Below, one piece after another: positions 54,901 through 63,581 of a stretch of DNA of 64,000 nucleotides; positions within the stretch are counted from its first letter, which is position 1, and every line of letters starts with the position of its first letter. Source of the stretch: Psychrosphaera sp. (lineage in GTDB: Bacteria; Pseudomonadota; Gammaproteobacteria; Enterobacterales; Alteromonadaceae); assembly GCA_965221615.1 (NCBI GenBank), contig OZ244904.1, forward strand, positions 959,489 to 1,023,488. The letters are read 5' to 3'. The translations under genes and the position numbers were made by a program. The notes below the pieces were generated by a model. It was not told where the DNA came from and made no database searches. It saw only the letters and a list, made by a program, of their open reading frames with translations.

Positions 54901-56801
54901 GTGACATGGCTGGTGACGTATTTGGTAATGGTATGTTGTTATCAGAGCACACGCGTCTGCAAGCAGCGTTCAACCACATGCATATTTTCATTGACCCGAA
55001 TCCAGACTCGGCATCTTCTTACAAAGAACGTCAGCGCATGTTTGAATTACCTCGTTCGTCTTGGGAAGACTACAATAAAGAGTTGATTTCTGCCGGTGGT
55101 GGTATTTTCTCTAGAAGCGCAAAGTCAATTCCTTTATCGCCAGAAATGAAGAAGATGTTAGGTACTAAGAAGGCTAGCTTGACGCCTAATGACTTAATTA
55201 AAGCATTATTAACTATGCCAGTAGACTTATTCTGGAATGGTGGTATCGGTACTTACATCAAAGCTAAGTCTGAAACAGACGCGCAAGTGGGTGACCGCGC
55301 TAATGACCCAGTTCGTATCAATGGTAGCGAGCTTAAAGCAAAAGTATTTGGTGAAGGCGGTAACTTAGGTGCGACTCAATTAGGTCGTATCGAATTTGCT
55401 CAATCAGGTGGTCGTATTAACACTGACTTCGTTGATAACGTTGGTGGTGTAGATTGCTCGGATAACGAAGTAAATATCAAGATCTTACTTAACCAGTTAG
55501 TTAACGAAGGTGAACTAACTAAGAAACACAGAGATCAGTTACTGTATGATATGACTGACGATGTTTCTGATATTGTTATTAAAGACTGTTACCGTCAAAC
55601 ACACTCAATCTCTATTACTGAATTAAAAGGCGTGAGCTTGCTTAAAGAACAAACTCGCTTTATTCACCGTTTAGAAAAGAGTGGCAAGTTAGACCGTGAA
55701 ATTGAATTTTTACCATCAGATGAAGAAATAGCGGAACGCCAAGCTAAAGGTCTAGGCTTTACTCGTCCAGAGTTATCGGTACTAGTTGCTTACGGCAAGA
55801 TGGTATTAAAAGAACAATTTGCAATTGATGAAATTGACCAAAACCCTTATTACTTATCTCAATTAATCGGTGCATTCCCGAAACAGTTGCAAGATAAATA
55901 TGCTGAACAAATCCAACAGCATCCTCTACGTAAAGAGATCATTGCTACTAAATTAGCAAATGAAGTTGTTAACGACATGGGCTTAAACTTTGTTGAGCGT
56001 ATGAAAGAGGAAACAGGTGCTTCAGTTGAGGAAATTCTAACTTGCTACATGATGGCAAGAGAAATCTTCAACATGCCAAATATTTGGGCGAAAGTAGAAG
56101 AGCTTGACAACAAGATCCCTAACATAGTTCAAACTGAAATGTTGCACCAAATGCGTCGTACAGTTAGACGTGCAGCACGTTGGTTCTTACGTCACAGAAA
56201 CAAAGGCTTGAACTTAGAACAAACGGTTGCTTTCTATAAGCCTGCGTTTGATAAGTTAACAAATCACTTAGATGACTACTTAGTTAAAGCTGAAGCTGAT
56301 TTATTAGCAAATGGTAAAGCAGAGTTTGAACGTGAAGGTGTAACTTCAGAAGTAGCAGCTTATGTTGCTCAGTTAAGTTCAATCTTCTCAGTAATGGATA
56401 TTGCTGATGTTGCTGCAAGCTTAGACCGTGATACAGAACTAGTAACTAAGCTTTACTTCAAGCTAGGTGCAGAGCTAGGTTTACATTGGTTCTTAGATCA
56501 AATTACGAATCAACCTGTAGGTAATCACTGGCAAGCTCTTGCTCGTGCAAGTTACCGCGAAGAACTAGATTGGCAGCAAAGAGCATTAACAGCAGCTGTA
56601 CTTCACTTCGATGAGAAGGGTACAGACGGTGAGAAGATGTTTGAAGCATGGCGTGAAGAATTCGGTGACATTCTTAGTCGCTGGGAACACATGTTGGCTG
56701 AGTTTAAGACCTCAGATAGTCATGAATTCGCTAAGTTCTCAGTTGCGCTAAGAGAGTTAATGCTAATCAGCAATCACTGTGATTCATCAGTGTCTAGTTA
56801 A
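51969..56801 (+). CDS. gdhB: large NAD-specific glutamate dehydrogenase (about 180 kDa class)
   Basis: The 1610-aa ORF has a central catalytic region (GGLRWSDR, VPNGSKGGF, VVAADKGTATFSD, GDMAGDVFGNGML and EGGNLG), as in the GdhB-type enzymes of Pseudomonas and Streptomyces. Confidence 0.95.
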   Translation: MTLLRNSSSVILKNVAKLIQEKLPKERQDLVEAFSSRLFENMAKDDLDKRIDVDLYGAALSLFNVFNETSQNDPFIKVFNPERGVDGWQSENTIVQIVVRDLPFLVDSVRMALNRHSVTSHLLLHTPVKVNRDKEGQVTEFVDLKKGEASFTQTVFFIEIDRQSSATQLQQLEQELANVLQDVSMAVDDWQPMQSKLAECIAEAKKAKAQNKEKRDISLEFLNWVADHNFTLMGYREYKVAEVKGDIEISGNDDTSLGLMKNRPSTPRLLSTLSEAGRAESLSDNILVLTKTDSKSNVHRPAYMDYIGIKRFDSKGKVIGEHRFIGLYGANFYNSSVSDIPLLRDKLNSIMENSSFARGSHGFKALLNVLETYPRDELIQADEEHLAEVATGVLQMQERDMTKLFVRKDSFDRYYSCMVFVRRERYNTQLRRDSQEIFRQAIGGEGYVEFTTYFSESPLARTHYIVRTTDQDVEINVKDIENNLIEAARTWEDKLATALTKKFGGATGKELAAKYAKAFPRGYKEEVLPSTATVDISYLENLSDDNKLEMVFYRSQEAVDKNAVRLSLYHKDEPIFLSDVLPILENFGLRVIGETPYAVATENGENWVMDFTMMLTSGDNSDFKKTQMLFQEAFANVWADQLENDGFNRLILGAKLSGREASVIRAYAKYMRQIGVTFSQSYIESTFDRYPEIAGKLVELFTLKFKPGKNNEKKYEKAKEALFVDLDNVANLDDDRIIRLYITLMDATLRTNFYQKAADGTDKPYISFKLLPELIPEVPLPRPKFEIFVYSPRIEGVHLRGGKVARGGLRWSDRMEDFRTEVLGLVKAQQVKNTVIVPNGSKGGFVCKQLDKVSGRDAFFAEGQDCYRTFIRGLLDVTDNIVKGEVVPPVDVVRHDEDDTYLVVAADKGTATFSDIANSISEDYNFWLGDAFASGGSVGYDHKKMGITARGAWESVKRHFREMGIDCQTTDFTCVAVGDMAGDVFGNGMLLSEHTRLQAAFNHMHIFIDPNPDSASSYKERQRMFELPRSSWEDYNKELISAGGGIFSRSAKSIPLSPEMKKMLGTKKASLTPNDLIKALLTMPVDLFWNGGIGTYIKAKSETDAQVGDRANDPVRINGSELKAKVFGEGGNLGATQLGRIEFAQSGGRINTDFVDNVGGVDCSDNEVNIKILLNQLVNEGELTKKHRDQLLYDMTDDVSDIVIKDCYRQTHSISITELKGVSLLKEQTRFIHRLEKSGKLDREIEFLPSDEEIAERQAKGLGFTRPELSVLVAYGKMVLKEQFAIDEIDQNPYYLSQLIGAFPKQLQDKYAEQIQQHPLRKEIIATKLANEVVNDMGLNFVERMKEETGASVEEILTCYMMAREIFNMPNIWAKVEELDNKIPNIVQTEMLHQMRRTVRRAARWFLRHRNKGLNLEQTVAFYKPAFDKLTNHLDDYLVKAEADLLANGKAEFEREGVTSEVAAYVAQLSSIFSVMDIADVAASLDRDTELVTKLYFKLGAELGLHWFLDQITNQPVGNHWQALARASYREELDWQQRALTAAVLHFDEKGTDGEKMFEAWREEFGDILSRWEHMLAEFKTSDSHEFAKFSVALRELMLISNHCDSSVSS

Positions 56802-56826
56802 TCTAGCATTAATGAGTTGATTAGGT

Positions 56827-56866
56827 AAAATACGCGCCGTCTCTATAGAGCGGCGCGTATTTTTTT
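56827..56866 (+). terminator. intrinsic terminator of gdhB
   Basis: The arms atacgcgccg (56830-56839) and cggcgcgtat (56851-56860) form a 10-bp GC-rich stem followed by T6. Confidence 0.9.
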
Positions 56867-57115
56867 GCCTACATGGAAGTTGGTATATCGCGGTTTCATG
56901 GACGAAAAAGAGTGATGCCTACATGGAAGTTGGTATATCACGGTTTCATGGACGAAAAAGAGTGATGCCTACAGGACGTAGGTATGCTGGCCGAAGTTGT
57001 TCCATACAGCTATACGGCACTTACCACATCCATGTGGTTCGTGATTTCATGGATGAGATAGAGCAGCGTTATACATGGAAATAGGTATATCGCAGTTTCA
57101 GGGATGAAAATAAAC
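56867..57115. repeat. decaying tandem array of 50-bp units built from two alternating 25-bp sub-repeats that each start with CATGGA
   Basis: Units at 56867-56916 and 56917-56966 differ at one base. A further clear copy lies at 57068-57115, with degenerate copies in between. CATGGA or CAGGGA occurs at 56872, 56897, 56922, 56947, 57048, 57074 and 57099. Confidence 0.9.
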
Positions 57116-57174
57116 AAAATATAACAAAGACACCCATTTTAAAGTTATTAACACAACACCAAATAGGAACCATC

Positions 57175-58182
57175 ATGTTATTTGATTTAGCAAAGAAATT
57201 TATGTTCAGTCGCGATGCTGAGTGGTCACACAATTTTGCTTTGAACAACTTAAAACGATTTGCCAATACACCTATTAACATGGTTTGGAAACAAAAGATC
57301 CAAGATAAGCCAGTTGATGTTTTAGGTTTAACTTTTCCTAACCCAGTTGGGTTGGCTGCGGGTTTAGACAAAAATGGTGAATGTATTGATGCATTTGGTC
57401 AAATGGGATTTGGTTTTATTGAAATAGGAACTATAACTCCTGTTGCTCAACCTGGTAATCCGAAACCACGTATATTTAGAATTCCAGAGCAAAACGCCAT
57501 TATTAATCGTATGGGTTTTAATAATCATGGCGTTGATAAGTTGATTGAAAATGTTAAAGGCTCAGATTACAAAGGCATTTTGGGAATTAATATAGGTAAA
57601 AACAAAGATACCCCCAATGAAGAAGGTCATTTAGATTATGTGAAATGCATGCAAAAGGTTTACGAGCACGCAGATTACATTACGGTAAATATTTCTTCTC
57701 CTAACACTCCAGGATTAAGGGATTTACAGTTTGGTGATTCATTAACTTTACTTTTATCATCAGTGAAAGAACAACAAACAGAACTAGAGAAAAAACACGG
57801 AAAATACGTTCCAGTATTAGTTAAGATTGCACCTGATATGGATGAAGTTGCAATTGAACAAGTTGTGGAGTGTATTGTCAAAGAAGGTATGGATGGCATT
57901 ATTGCTACTAATACAACTTTGAGTCGTGAAGCTGTGAAAGGCTTACAACATGCTGATGAAGCAGGTGGTTTAAGTGGTAACCCTGTAACAGACATGAGTA
58001 CAGAAGTGATCCGTAAGATACGCCAAATTAATCAAGATATTCCAATTATTGGTGTGGGCGGTATCAATGGTGCTACAACAGCGAAAGAAAAATTAGAAGC
58101 TGGAGCTAATTTGGTTCAAGTTTATACCAACTTCATTTATCAAGGTCCGAAACTAATTAAAGACATAGTTGATGGAATTTAG
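57175..58182 (+). CDS. pyrD: dihydroorotate dehydrogenase (quinone), class 2
   Basis: The 335-aa ORF has the motifs [31 protein letters not shown] and GVGGI. Confidence 0.97.
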   Translation: MLFDLAKKFMFSRDAEWSHNFALNNLKRFANTPINMVWKQKIQDKPVDVLGLTFPNPVGLAAGLDKNGECIDAFGQMGFGFIEIGTITPVAQPGNPKPRIFRIPEQNAIINRMGFNNHGVDKLIENVKGSDYKGILGINIGKNKDTPNEEGHLDYVKCMQKVYEHADYITVNISSPNTPGLRDLQFGDSLTLLLSSVKEQQTELEKKHGKYVPVLVKIAPDMDEVAIEQVVECIVKEGMDGIIATNTTLSREAVKGLQHADEAGGLSGNPVTDMSTEVIRKIRQINQDIPIIGVGGINGATTAKEKLEAGANLVQVYTNFIYQGPKLIKDIVDGI

Positions 58183-58296
58183 AGCGGAGAAATTTGCAGA
58201 TAAATACAGAGTCGGTTACATTGAGGCATCGGCTCTTATTGCTTTGTATTAATGAAGGAACATAAAAGAGCAGTATTTTTGTAAGAGGAAGCTTGT

Positions 58297-58797
58297 TTGC
58301 AACAACCTTGGATAAACTGGCTATGGCAGCCTGATAAAGAAACGGGTCGCTTACAACTTAAATTGAGCGAAACGATAATATTTCCAACTGAACTCAAAAT
58401 TGAACAACTGAACTGTGATTGCCAGCAAGAGACTGCATTTACAGCACAGGATGCAGAATCCTATATCGCTTATCGCGATATGTTAATTAAATCGGATTTA
58501 GACGAACAAGGGCAGTTTACTGTAGCGATAAATGCGACTGCAGCGAATTCCTATTTGACCCCATTAGCGGCGAAAAGTTGGTTGTTTCGACAAATTGAGT
58601 GTCAGTTCCCGAAGCGCGTTGGTGACAAAGTGCAACTGTCTACGCAAGACATTGCGGATTATATGGTATTAGATACTGATGAGCAGTCATCTTTAGTTAT
58701 TTTATTGTCACCACAGCATTATTTAAACCCGGCTCGCACCTTGTCACAAGGGCAGGTGATGCGGGTCCATAACGACAGAATTAAAAGATATGAGTAG
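58297..58797 (+). CDS. zapC: cell-division protein ZapC
   Basis: The 166-aa ORF has a TTG start and lies directly downstream of pyrD, as in E. coli. The N-terminus W.W.......L.L and the C-terminus GQVMRVHNDRIKRY resemble E. coli ZapC (GDAIKIMNDRLKPQ, from memory). Confidence 0.75.
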   Translation: MQQPWINWLWQPDKETGRLQLKLSETIIFPTELKIEQLNCDCQQETAFTAQDAESYIAYRDMLIKSDLDEQGQFTVAINATAANSYLTPLAAKSWLFRQIECQFPKRVGDKVQLSTQDIADYMVLDTDEQSSLVILLSPQHYLNPARTLSQGQVMRVHNDRIKRYE

Positions 58798-59992
58798 AGT
58801 TATTATTCTTGTGGCGGATAGTCTAGGTGTAGGCCATGCGCCAGATGCTAAAAGTTTTGGTGATGAAGGTGCCAATACATTTGCAAGTATTGCCAAACAC
58901 ATGAATAACATTGAACAACCATTAACCATTCCAAATTTAACTAGTTTAGGACTAGTTGCAGCTTGTGAAGAAGCTTCAAATCAATCACTTGGTTTACCAA
59001 AGCAGCCTATGGTTGGTTCTTATGGTTATATGGAGGAGTTATCTTCAGGTAAAGATACGCCAAGTGGTCACTGGGAAATGGCTGGTGTTCCAGTATTGTT
59101 TGATTGGGGTTACTTTACTGACAAGAAAGATAGTTTCCCACAAGCCTTTTTAGATGAGCTAATTAAACGTACAGGAGTAAAGGCAACGTTAGGAAACTGC
59201 CACGCTTCAGGTACTGATATTTTAAAGTGGCATGGTGACGAACACTGTGAAACTCAAATGCCAATTTGCTACACGTCTGCGGATTCTGTATTCCAAGTTG
59301 CAGCACATGAAGAACATTTTGGTTTAGAGCGCTTGTATGAGTTTTGTGAAGTAGCACGAGAGTTACTGGATGAATACAATATAGGTCGTGTTATTGCTAG
59401 ACCATTTTTTGGTGATAATGCTGATAATTATGCCCGTACCGGTAATCGTAGAGATTTTTCTGTTTTACCTCCATCTCCAACAGTATTAGACAGAATGGTT
59501 GAAAAGGGTGGCAAGGTTATCAGTGTAGGTAAAATCTCTGATATTTATGCTCATCAAGGCGTTTCTGAAGCATTTAAAGCGACAGGTTTAGAACAGTTAA
59601 TTGACAAGACTATCGATTTAATTAAACAAGATACGGATAACGAAATTATCTTTACTAACCTTGTTAATTTCGACCAAGACTTTGGCCACCGAAGAGACAT
59701 TGTCGGCTATGGTAAAGCACTGGAATATTTCGATACTAGATTGCCAGATATCATGTCTGAACTGAACGATGATGACTTGTTATTCATCACAGCAGACCAT
59801 GGTTGCGATCCAAGCTGGCCAGGTTCTGACCATACTAGAGAGTTTGTACCTATCTTAGCTTATCAAAAAGGTAAAGAGAGCAAACAACTAGGACAAAGAA
59901 AAACGTTTGCAGATATGGGACAAACCATTGCTGATTTGTTCGATTTGACTCAGTTAGATTATGGAACTTCGTTCTTAACAGATCTCAATTAA
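58790..59992 (+). CDS. deoB: phosphopentomutase
   Basis: The 400-aa ORF has the N-terminus RVIILVADSLGVG and the motifs SGKDTPSGHWE, NLVNFDQDFGHRRD and ADHGCDP. Confidence 0.95.
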   Translation: MSRVIILVADSLGVGHAPDAKSFGDEGANTFASIAKHMNNIEQPLTIPNLTSLGLVAACEEASNQSLGLPKQPMVGSYGYMEELSSGKDTPSGHWEMAGVPVLFDWGYFTDKKDSFPQAFLDELIKRTGVKATLGNCHASGTDILKWHGDEHCETQMPICYTSADSVFQVAAHEEHFGLERLYEFCEVARELLDEYNIGRVIARPFFGDNADNYARTGNRRDFSVLPPSPTVLDRMVEKGGKVISVGKISDIYAHQGVSEAFKATGLEQLIDKTIDLIKQDTDNEIIFTNLVNFDQDFGHRRDIVGYGKALEYFDTRLPDIMSELNDDDLLFITADHGCDPSWPGSDHTREFVPILAYQKGKESKQLGQRKTFADMGQTIADLFDLTQLDYGTSFLTDLN

Positions 59993-60012
59993 GCAACAAG
60001 TTTAGTTAAAAC

Positions 60013-60048
60013 AAAAAAAGAGCATATCAAAACTATGCTCTTTTTTTT
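60013..60048. terminator. bidirectional intrinsic terminator between deoB and the convergent serine-hydrolase gene
   Basis: The sequence is aaaaaaagagcata tcaaaac tatgctctttttttt. Confidence 0.88.
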
Positions 60049-60083
60049 ATGACTAAATTTTATCGAAACGCTTTTTACTGCAA

Positions 60084-61259
60084 TCAAGGGAGAGCCGCAG
60101 TTACTAAATTTCCCTGAGTTTTCTTTTTCGATGTTTTGAAAATATCATTCCAAAAATCGACTCTAACTTTATTGACTAAGTTAGATTCTGCATTCATTAA
60201 AAACACTAAGCCTACTCCGTACTCAGGAGCAAAGGTAATGTCTGCTCGGTAACCTGATACCCAACCACCATGATGAATTAACTGTTCACCCTCGTAATCG
60301 TAGACTCTCCAACCTAATCCGTAATGAGCTGTTTTTAAGTGACCTAACCAATGACGGCGGCGAAGTTCTTTGGTTGTTTGAGTTTTAGGTTCTATCAATT
60401 GCTCTATTTGATTTTCTGAGAGGACATTAGGGTAATGGCCAAGCATAAGCTTTAGCCATTTGCTCATATCTTCAATACTTGCGTTTATGCCTGACGCAGA
60501 AGCGTAGCGGTAGTAAGCCTGCCTAACTCTCGTTTGGGTAAAGCCGCCATTTTTAACTTTTGCATGAGGACGTGCCCAATTGCCATCTTCAATCAATGGT
60601 TTTAAACCTACGCTTGTTCTTGCCATTTCTAATGGAGTAAAAATTTGCTCTTGAAGTAAAGTTTGATAATTTTTACTCGTTTGATTACTTAACCCCTTAT
60701 CAACGGCTGCAAACAAAGCATTTTGATAGGTATAACACTTACTTGGAGCACAGATGGGCTCTAGTTTAGCAAGTTGACGTAAAACGCGGTCAACAGAATA
60801 ATTTGCTTCGATTAAGTTGTCATAAGCATTAGGCATATAACCGCTAGACTGACTAAGAATGTGCTCTAAAGTTATGTTCTTTGCGAGAGTAGGCTTAAAT
60901 TCTACACTTGGCACTAATTTGTTTAATGGCAAATTCCACTCAAGCTGTCCCTGATCCACCAATTTTGCTGCTAGCACAGAGGTAAATGTTTTAGATACTG
61001 ATGCTAGACGAAACAGTGTATCTTTGTTTACCGCTTTACCTCCTGCATGGGTTACACCATGAGTGACTATCTCAGTGTTTGAGTCAGGTTTTACAATTGC
61101 AAAAGCATAACCTGGGATTTTTTCGTCTTGATTTGCTTGTTCAATTTCTGTAGCAAATTGGTTAATCCAAGTATCTGCGGCATGATTATTAAGGCTAAAA
61201 CATAACAAAGTTACGCTGAAACTCAGTTGAGCCATTATTCTTACAATAGGTGTTATCAA
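60084..61259 (-). CDS. beta-lactamase-family serine hydrolase (class C / esterase-like)
   Basis: The 391-aa ORF has a signal peptide and the SxxK motif as FRLASVSKTF. Its size and pattern are those of the AmpC/EstB-like family. I do not infer substrate specificity. Confidence 0.85.
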   Translation of the reverse strand: MITPIVRIMAQLSFSVTLLCFSLNNHAADTWINQFATEIEQANQDEKIPGYAFAIVKPDSNTEIVTHGVTHAGGKAVNKDTLFRLASVSKTFTSVLAAKLVDQGQLEWNLPLNKLVPSVEFKPTLAKNITLEHILSQSSGYMPNAYDNLIEANYSVDRVLRQLAKLEPICAPSKCYTYQNALFAAVDKGLSNQTSKNYQTLLQEQIFTPLEMARTSVGLKPLIEDGNWARPHAKVKNGGFTQTRVRQAYYRYASASGINASIEDMSKWLKLMLGHYPNVLSENQIEQLIEPKTQTTKELRRRHWLGHLKTAHYGLGWRVYDYEGEQLIHHGGWVSGYRADITFAPEYGVGLVFLMNAESNLVNKVRVDFWNDIFKTSKKKTQGNLVTAALP

Positions 61260-61531
61260 AAAGACTAGTCCGTGAATTGAGTATTACTTTTTTATTTCAG
61301 GCGGCATTGTAAAAACTATCGCAGCTTTTACAAGTATCGAATGCCTGTTTGTTGAATTAACTCTTAAACTCTTCAATTAAAGTTACTCTTCCATGTGAAG
61401 TGAACACATTTCTGAACAACAATGCACTTTATTTCGACTTACAAATGTAACTCAGTAACTAAATAGCAGTAGGTCTTTGCTTTAAAAAAAGATATTCTTG
61501 CGATAATTGATAAAGGAAAGAAAGATTAGTA

Positions 61532-62446
61532 ATGGCAGAAGTGTCAAATATCTATTTAGATCAACCAGATCCACTTAGTGTATTGTTGCAAAGGTTAGAC
61601 CTAAAAGCTGAGGTTTACGTTAATGGTGATTTTTGCGGGACGTGGGCGGTAGATACAGCAGGCAGTAAAAGAATACCATTTCACCTGATTGGTTCCGGTA
61701 AAGCTTGGTTGCACTTTGAAGACGAACAAGCACAGGGGTTAAGTAGTCATGACTTGGTTGTGTTTCCCCATGACTCACATCACATCATTTCAAATACAGA
61801 AAGTAAGCCCAGTGCTGATATAGTTAACGGTTCTTTTTCTGGTGAGGGTGAAATTACCAATATGGTATGTGGCTTCTTTGAGTTCAGAAACCCTGCTATT
61901 TTTCCTTTATTGGATGCGTTGCCAAATGTAATTGTATTAAAGTCTGAAAATAGTGAGAGCCAAGAGCGAATAGAGTTTCTAATTAGCTTGATATTGAATG
62001 AGTTAAAGCAATCCCGTCCAGGCTTTTATACAGCCATAGATCAAATGGCGTTTCTTATTTTTGTTGAAGTGATAAGAAAACAAATGGAGTTTGGCAAGAT
62101 TGAGCAGGGGGTATTAACAGCCTTGTTCGATAATCGATTAGGTAAAGCTTTAAACGCTATTCATCAGAATCCAGAACAATCTTGGACGTTAGAAACTCTT
62201 GCAGAACAAGCGTTAATGAGTCGCTCAGGCTTTGCTGATGCTTTTAGTAAAGCAATTGGTTTAACACCAATGAAGTATTTGTCTAAGTGGCGTATGAGTG
62301 AAGCTAGAAGGCTGTTGAAAAATACTAGTCTTTCCGTCGCGCAAATTGCAGAAAAAAGTGGTTATGAGACTGAAGCTGCATTTAGAAAAGCATATAAAAA
62401 TATAATGGGAGAGCCTCCAGGGGAGGCTCGAGCGAAACAAATTTAA
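61532..62446 (+). CDS. AraC-family transcriptional regulator with an N-terminal cupin-like domain
   Basis: The 304-aa ORF has a C-terminal double-HTH region: WTLETLAEQALMSRSGFADAFSKAIGLTPMKYLSKWRMSEARRLL...SVAQIAEKSGYETEAAFRKAYK. Confidence 0.88.
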   Translation: MAEVSNIYLDQPDPLSVLLQRLDLKAEVYVNGDFCGTWAVDTAGSKRIPFHLIGSGKAWLHFEDEQAQGLSSHDLVVFPHDSHHIISNTESKPSADIVNGSFSGEGEITNMVCGFFEFRNPAIFPLLDALPNVIVLKSENSESQERIEFLISLILNELKQSRPGFYTAIDQMAFLIFVEVIRKQMEFGKIEQGVLTALFDNRLGKALNAIHQNPEQSWTLETLAEQALMSRSGFADAFSKAIGLTPMKYLSKWRMSEARRLLKNTSLSVAQIAEKSGYETEAAFRKAYKNIMGEPPGEARAKQI

Positions 62447-62462
62447 GGATAATTTGCATTCA

Positions 62463-62496
62463 ACTTCTAACTCAGTGAGAGAGCAGAGTTAGAAGT
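62463..62496. terminator. hairpin between the convergent AraC and YHS genes
   Basis: The arms acttctaactc (62463-62473) and gagttagaagt (62486-62496) form a perfect 11-bp stem. Confidence 0.6.
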
Positions 62497-62503
62497 GTAA
62501 TAC

Positions 62504-62971
62504 TTATAGCTTGCTAGCAGCTACATCCACAACTGTTGGCCAGCTGTCATTTGCTTCTTGGATATGAGTTGGAATGTCTTTTTTCCACGCTTCATAAACA
62601 CTTGGATTTTTGTTTACGTATAGTTTACCGTCAACAACTTCAAATGCCTTACCATCAATATCAAACTTCTTACCAAACGTCATGCCGTACGCACAGAAGC
62701 CACCGTATTGAGGTGCATATTTTTCTGGATTTTTGTTAAACATGTCGCGGTTTTTAGCAGAACTAAAACGATAGATAGCATCGTTATGAACCGCAGTGTA
62801 TTTTGCTGAGCCAACTACTGGTTTGCCAACTGTGAAGTAAGCTACCGCGTCGTGACCCGCTAGAATAACACCATTTTTATCTGTATAAGTATCAACGCCT
62901 GCATTTGCAAATGCACTGATAGCTAAAGAAAATATAGTAACTAATTTTAATAAAGGTTTTGTGAATTTCAT
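62504..62971 (-). CDS. secreted YHS-domain protein (Cys form of the YHS (seleno)protein family)
   Basis: The 155-aa ORF has a signal peptide ending ANA. The segments GHDAVAYFT, Y.FSS..NRDMFNKNPEKYAPQYGGFCAYG and GKLYVN match that family. Confidence 0.78.
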   Translation of the reverse strand: MKFTKPLLKLVTIFSLAISAFANAGVDTYTDKNGVILAGHDAVAYFTVGKPVVGSAKYTAVHNDAIYRFSSAKNRDMFNKNPEKYAPQYGGFCAYGMTFGKKFDIDGKAFEVVDGKLYVNKNPSVYEAWKKDIPTHIQEANDSWPTVVDVAASKL

Positions 62972-63032
62972 GATCTCTTCCTCAAGTTCATATTTGGTAT
63001 GTGTGAACTATAGAGTGTTGCACTTTTCTCCG

Positions 63033-63067
63033 ATATGTCCAAAAGTCGGCCTGTTATGTCCAAAAGT
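63033..63067. promoter_or_regulatory. two identical 14-bp direct repeats TATGTCCAAAAGTC spaced 21 bp apart, upstream of the YHS gene
   Basis: The copies lie at 63033-63046 and 63054-63067, which is 62-96 bp upstream of the YHS-gene ATG at 62971 on the minus strand. Confidence 0.4.
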
Positions 63068-63266
63068 CTAAATCCACAAATATGTATTGAATACATAACG
63101 TTATCCGTATTTTAAATAGGAACGTTAAGCTAGTTTTAGTGTGAGTAACAGCGATAAGTAGGTATATTGCTTCGGTGCTATCAGTTTAGATGTTATGTGA
63201 ATTTTCTTTGTTGCTCATAGGATGAAGAGTAAGATAACAAATGAGAAAGCTGTGGAGATAAATACC

Positions 63267-63512
63267 ATGATTAGTTGCAGTAATTACGATTATATTGAAA
63301 TAGTTTGTTTGTATCGTTATTTAATAAAGCTAGAACTAAAGAACGGAAAAATTATTGAAGGTACTGCGCTTGATACTAAACGAGATGAAAATAAGACAGA
63401 ATGTATCGAGATGGAGATAGACAACTCAAGAGCTTTGGTCAATTTAGATGAGATTAGCAAACTTACCGTTTTAGTTGAAAACCCTAATTTTAAAGAAGTT
63501 GTATTTAGTTAA
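63267..63512 (+). CDS. rof: Rho-binding antiterminator Rof-like protein
   Basis: The ORF track starts at 63222, but I prefer ATG 63267, which follows GGAG. The sequence MISCSNYDYIEIVCLYRYLIKLELKNGKIIEGTALD...LDEISKL parallels E. coli Rof (INCDDYDNLELAC....L.L.LKDGE ... LDKITS, from memory). Confidence 0.7.
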   Translation: MISCSNYDYIEIVCLYRYLIKLELKNGKIIEGTALDTKRDENKTECIEMEIDNSRALVNLDEISKLTVLVENPNFKEVVFS

Positions 63513-63581
63513 TACAGTAAAGACACTCACCATATGCTGAAATTAAATAGTTCTATATAAGAATGAGTGTGAAGGATAAAG

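Noticed and set aside
53506-55086. Several 60-75-aa ORFs inside gdhB, on both strands.
   Set aside because: All are nested within the 1610-aa NAD-GDH reading frame, which has continuous family-typical motifs. They show no independent signals.
57069-57371. A 100-aa minus-strand ORF upstream of and overlapping the pyrD start.
   Set aside because: It lies in the degenerate 50-bp repeat array and runs antisense to the well-supported pyrD 5' end. Its composition is low-complexity.
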